Assembly (NCBI GenBank): GCA_964016885.1
Contig: OZ024747.1
Span: 26,598,001-26,662,000, forward strand
Length of the DNA stretch: 64,000 nucleotides
Origin: Eledone cirrhosa
Taxonomy: Eukaryota
Reading direction: 5' to 3'
Shown: in pieces, positions 58,348 to 64,000 of the stretch
How the letters are laid out: each line of letters starts with the position of its first letter
Numbering within the stretch: position 1 is the stretch's first letter
Program-made: the position numbers and the translations under genes
Notes under the pieces: generated by a model
What the model was told of the DNA's origin: nothing
The model's database searches: none
What the model saw: the letters and a program-made list of their open reading frames with translations, nothing else

Positions 58348-58348
<1 letters not shown>
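58145..58348. mobile_element. Palindromic element of the 'gaccccgacggctgagctc' family (copies at 9321-9509, 12361-12505, 61708-61866, 63236-63413)
   Basis: Perfect arms 58145-58270 plus conserved tail tacccactctac..gagtact..ggtccacct.gttccttaccaca..ttcgt; mostly (TA)n flanks. Confidence 0.75.
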
Positions 58349-58382
<34 letters not shown>

Positions 58383-58619
58383 GGGGGGGATATATCAGCC
58401 TTCAGATTACAGACTTAAATGAGGCAAAGGTAGATTAGATAATATAGTCGTAAATATTATATCTAGAAAGACGGGATGGTCATATCTGGAATGAGTCTGT
58501 TCAAACAGGGCCGGCTTTGGATCAATCAACAACAACCAGCACAACCATCGACACTTCTCTTACAATACCTAGTTTTGCCACCCCCTGTGTATGTTAACCA
58601 CTAGTTTCACCACATCACT

Positions 58620-60440
58620 ATCACAACCGACACCATAACCACCATTACCAACGCCACCACTTCAGTCAAGCTTCCCACCAACAACACCGCCACTACCACT
58701 ATCATCAATAAAAACAGGAACCACCACCACCACCACCACTACCACCACCGCTTCCCACTGCCACAACCACCATCAACAACATTAATACCAGCGCCACCAC
58801 CACTCACTCACCACCAATTCCGTCAACCACCACCAACACTAACTACACCCTACCACCACCGCCCTCAACCAACACCAGTACCAGCCAGCACCACCACCAC
58901 CACCACCGCCGCCGCCGCGTCGCTATCACCACCAAACAACAACAACAACACCAACATCACTACCGCCGCCACTAACACCACTACCAACATCACTACCTCC
59001 ACCACCAACACAAACACCAACACCACTACCACCACCTATAGCAGCACCACAATCACCCACCACCAACAACAACAACACCAACACCACCACCACTACCACC
59101 AACACCACTACCACCAAGATCACTACCACCAACACTGCTGATAGCAGCACCACAATCACCCGCCACCAACACTAACACCAACACCACTACCACTACCACC
59201 AACACCACCACCACCAACACCACTACCACCAACACCACTACCACCACCTATAGCAGCACCACAATCACCCGCCACCAACACTACCACCAACACCACCACC
59301 ACCAACACCACTACCACCACCTATAGCAGCACCACAATCACCCACCACCAACAACAACACCAACACCACCAACACCACTACCACCAACACCACTACCACC
59401 AACACCACTACCACCAACACCACTACCACCACCACCACTACCACCACACCACCACCAACACCACTACCACCAACACCACTACCACCAACACCACTACCAC
59501 CACACCACCACCAACACCACTACCACCAACACCACTACCACCACCTATAGCAGCACCACAATCACCCGCCACCAACACTACCACCAACAACAACACCAAC
59601 ACCACCACCACCAACACCACTACCACCAACACCACCACCACCAACACCACTACCACCAACACCACTACCACCACCTATAGCAGCACCACAATCACCCGCC
59701 ACCAACACTACCACCAACAACAACACCAACACCACCACCACCAACACCACCACCACCAACACCACTACCACCACACCACCACCAACACCACTACCACCAA
59801 CACCACCACCACCAACACCACTACCACCAACACCACTACCACCAACACCACTACCACCAACACCACTACCACCAACACCACTACCACCAACACCACTACC
59901 ACCACACCACCACCAACACCACTACCACCAACACCACTACCACCACCTATAGCAGCACCACAATCACCCGCCACCAACACTACCACCAACAACAACACCA
60001 ACACCACCACCACCAACACCACTACCACCAACACCACTACCACCACACCACCACCACACCACCACCAACACCACTACCACCAACACCACTACCACCAACA
60101 CCACTACCACCAACACCACTACCACCAACACCACTACCACCACCACCACTACCACCACACCACCACCAACACCACTACCACCAACACCACTACCACCACA
60201 CCACCACCAACACCACTACCACCAACACCACTACCACCAACACCACTACCACCAACACCACTACCACCAACACCACCACCACCAACACCACTACCACCAA
60301 CACCACTACCACCACACCACCACCAACACCACTACCACCAACACCACTACCACCAACACCACTACCACCAACACCACTACCACCAACACCACTACCACCA
60401 CCACCACTACCACCACACCACCACCAACACCACTCCACCA
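58620..60440. repeat. (CAC)n-rich compound repeat with recurrent cctatagcagcaccacaatcacc units
   Basis: Direct reading. Confidence 0.9.
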
Positions 60441-60888
60441 CCGACCCAATTGTGGCATGATGCCAGACTTGCCAATTCGTAAATAAACACAAAAAGAGCA
60501 ATAAAAATTGTAAAAGTGACATTTTAATTTCAACCGAATTATCGCTCATTTGAATCAAAAACAGTCCGCCCCCTTGGCGGAGTTGACACAACTTCTCCCC
60601 CACCGCCACTGTATATATGGTTTTACACCATTTAGTTCGATGCCCCAGGGGTTTCTTAGTTCACTTCTTGTCTGTATTGATAGTTGTTGTTGTTGTTGTT
60701 AATATTATTTGTGGGGAGGGGGTCTTTTAGTTAGTTATGACGCTTGACACGACCACTCATATGCAATAGTCCTGTAGCCTAGTAGTTAAGGGCGTTGGAC
60801 GCACCCCTATAAAGTTTTGGGTTCGATACCTATGCCTTGTGATTGAAATTAGGTAGGACGGAAACTGTGTGGGAGACTTTTGCGTATG

Positions 60889-60935
<47 letters not shown>

Positions 60936-60979
60936 TTGAAATTAAAAGATATATACATATATATATATATATATATATT

Positions 60980-61407
60980 ATTCAAAATATTAATAAATAT
61001 AGACATTTACGTAATCAAAATATATTTTATTATATATATTTCGGAGGTACTGTGTTGTTTTCTCAGTACGTCCTCATCAGATAAAATATATAAATTGATG
61101 TATGACATACCTCAACTGTGCTGATGGTTCAATTCCAGTCTTGGCAGTCAAGACTGGAATTGAACGATCAGCACAGTTGAGGTATGTCATACATCAATCT
61201 ATTTTATCTGATGAGGACGTACTGAGAAAACAACACAGTACCTCCGAAATATATATAATAAAATATATTTTGATTACGTGAATGTCTATATTTATTAATA
61301 TTTTGAATTAATATTAATAACTCCAAAAATCTTCCTGTTGAGTGCTTCTAATCTATTGTAAAACTATATTCATTGATTAATCAGTGAACCTTGTTTAACT
61401 TTTGGTC

Positions 61408-61408
<1 letters not shown>
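60980..61408. mobile_element. Palindromic ribozyme-bearing element
   Basis: Arms 60980-61308 centred at 61144, tail on the right, (TA)n flanks. Confidence 0.75.
61201..61264 (+). ncRNA. Type I hammerhead ribozyme (mirror copy on - strand at 61024-61087)
   Basis: ATTTTAT-CTGATGA-GGA(C)GTACTG..CAGTAC(C)TCC-GAA-ATATATAT-A-ATAAAAT: canonical core, 7-bp stem I, self-complementary stem III. Confidence 0.8.
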
Positions 61409-61438
<30 letters not shown>

Positions 61439-61481
61439 CAATATATTAACAAATGGAAACTATATTTATAAAACCATATTT

Positions 61482-61545
61482 ATTTCATTATAAATATTTC
61501 AAGGGCCACCAAGGCAGATTATGGTGCGCTTTCATCAGATAAAAT
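61482..61545 (-). ncRNA. Type I hammerhead ribozyme, third diverged copy of the 49.2/61.1-kb family
   Basis: ATTTTAT-CTGATGA-AAGCGCACCA..TGGTGGCCCTT-GAAA-TATTTA-TA-ATGAAAT on the minus strand. Confidence 0.6.
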
Positions 61546-61869
61546 ATAATATAGATTAGTTTTATAAATAAATATTGACATACCCTGAAAAATGGAACCT
61601 TCACGGTTGGAGTCTCCCAGTTAGTGGAGATATTAGATTTATTATTGGTTTATTATGCAAATTAGTGTCGGAAAGGTTTAAATAACTATATTTAAATTAC
61701 ACCGTTAGGAAAAGAGTCAGGACCCCGACGGCTGAGCTCCGACCGTTTCGACAGCTAGTTCAGAACTAGCTGTCGAAACGGCCGGACGCTTTTCCTATCA
61801 CCCACTCTACTACCTATAGTATCGAGTACTCTGGTCCACCTAGTTCCTTACCACACTTCCTTCGTTGTA

Positions 61870-62679
61870 ATGATGTAAGGGATACAGATGTGTGCATAAT
61901 GTAGCTTCAATACATTCATGTGCATGCATGTTTTTGAGCGAACTCGTTGAATGCGTCAGTTGCTGTCAGACATCCTGCGTGCGAGGGGCTGTAGTACTTA
62001 TTCGCCTGATACTGCCAACAATAATCCTGAATTCCTGAATATCGTGATCCCTGGATATGTGAAGTGGATGTACAGGTACGACTCAGAACTCAAAGGTTAG
62101 TTATCATAGTGGAAGCAGCCAACGCGACCAAGGTCCAAAGCAGGTGCGGAACAAAATATAGGTGTTGTTGACTGCTTTTTCAGTTACCTGGGCATTGTGC
62201 ATCATGAATACGCACCAGGAGTGCGTACTATCAGGAGTACTACCTTCGTGGTGCTGTTCGGTGCAAGGGACCGGATCAGTTGGTCTCGCAAAACTGGCAG
62301 TTGCATCATGACAATGCCACACTCCATTCGTCGCAGTTGATCCAAGGTTTCTTTACAAAGAAACGCGTTTCGCTCATTCTACAAGCTCCCTATTCTAGAG
62401 ACATGACTCCTTCAGACCTCTGGTCGTTCCCAAAAATGAAGACGCCGCTGTAAGACTCCCGATTTGAGAGCCGAGAGACCATCAGGGGAAATGCTACGGC
62501 GAAGTTGAAATCCATTCTCGAAAAAGCATTCCAGGTGAACTTTGATCAGTAGAAAAATTGATGGATTAAGTTTATGGAAGCAAAAAGATCCTACATTGTA
62601 GGGGATTAGAAGTTGAACCCGCCAAGTATATAATTCTTTTTCCTAGACTAAGGTCGGATAGTTTTTCAATAGACCTCAT
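61870..62679 (+). mobile_element. mariner (DD34D) DNA transposon relic
   Basis: NWQLHHDNA...QAPYSRDMTPSDLWSFPKMK matches mariner HDNA/YSPDLAPSD motifs, with stops; 3' TIR-like aaggtcggatagtttttcaatagacctc followed by TA. Confidence 0.8.
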
Positions 62680-63129
62680 ATATATATATATGTATGTGTG
62701 TGTATGGGCATGTATGTGTGCAGATGTATGTGTGTGGATGTGTGTGGATGTGTATATACATTTGTATGTAAGTGTGTCAATGTGTGTATGTGTAAAAGAG
62801 ACACAGAAGAAATAATCTATGTAAGAAAGGAGAGATGTCAAAATCTCTTACTGTCAAACCTCCAGACGTTAACCATATTAACACGTTGTGTCATCATATC
62901 TTTGCTCCTTCTATCATTAACAGATCTCTCTTGGGTCAGTGTCATTGTCTAACAAATCTTTCCTTACTCCATCGTGTCATTCTAGCAAGCAGTGTTAACT
63001 ATCGGTTCTTGTTACACCGATTACAGTAAGAGTTTGATGATAACTACCTTGTATAACACGACAATTTCTCTCTATACTTGTATACTAATAAGTACAAAGT
63101 ACACACACGCACGTGTATATATGTATATG

Positions 63130-63210
<81 letters not shown>

Positions 63211-63409
63211 GTGTGTGTGTGTGCGTGTGTGTATGACGAAGGAAGTGTGGTAAGGAACCAGGTGGACCATAACGCACCAGAGTACTCGATATTTTGGGTA
63301 GTAGAGTGGGTAATAGGAAAAGAGTCAGGACCCCGACGGCTGAGCTCCGGCCGTTTCGACAGCTAGTTCAGAACTACGGCCGGAGCTCAGCCGTCGGGGT
63401 CCTGGCTCT

Positions 63410-63444
<35 letters not shown>

Positions 63445-63959
63445 TGTAGGGGTGCAATATAATTGCGTCCGTAGGCGGTATGCCGGTGAGCACTCGATGC
63501 TCTTGCACTATAAGAATAAAGGAACAAAGAATCAGTGTTGCATCATAATATATTTATTCCCGGAGTCAGGTTTGATCACGAATAGATCGTTCCTCGAGTT
63601 GATTGACAGTGAAACATATGTAATATGTTATTAAATATGTTATCATGCAACACTGATTCTTTGTTTCTTTATTCTTATACTACATACATACATACATATA
63701 TATATATATAAGTTTTTTACATTCATTTAAATTATTGATTTATTGATATTTTATTTGAGTGACCCGAATCCTCCTGGTCGTTCTTTTTCGGCTGCACGGG
63801 TGATTTTAGGCTTAATCTTTATGTGTTGGTAATTTAACGATAGTTATAGCTCTGATTTATCCAAATTATTGAGCCCTCTGCCACTCATATCGGATTTGTT
63901 TATCGTTAATTCGTGAGCTGATTTCCCGATACTCGATTATTCTATTATATATATATATA

Positions 63960-63998
<39 letters not shown>

Positions 63999-64000
63999 AT

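Overview
AT-rich, microsatellite-saturated eukaryotic DNA; the (TA)n/(CA)n/(CAC)n/(CTA)n load and the SINE families suggest a coleoid cephalopod such as Octopus (inference). One host gene can be assembled with phase-consistent GT-AG splicing: a 4-exon, 205-aa secreted Dickkopf-family protein on the minus strand (50772..38244). Mobile elements include a near full-length L1/Tx1-clade LINE (24645-30208) at the edge of a 3.8-kb 24/28-bp minisatellite, RTE and R4/Dong-type LINE fragments, a mariner relic, MITEs, two tRNA-derived SINE families and an 86-bp tandem array. The most striking unexplained structure is a dispersed set of non-coding fold-back (palindromic) elements of several unrelated sequence families in or beside (TA)n tracts. 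Many carry a minimal type I hammerhead ribozyme in both arms, some with atypical cores. They resemble Penelope-like pLTR/retrozyme-type non-autonomous retroelements, and three of them cluster in intron 1 of the Dkk gene. Most ORFs in the supplied track are microsatellite artefacts. All folds and alignments were done by eye.
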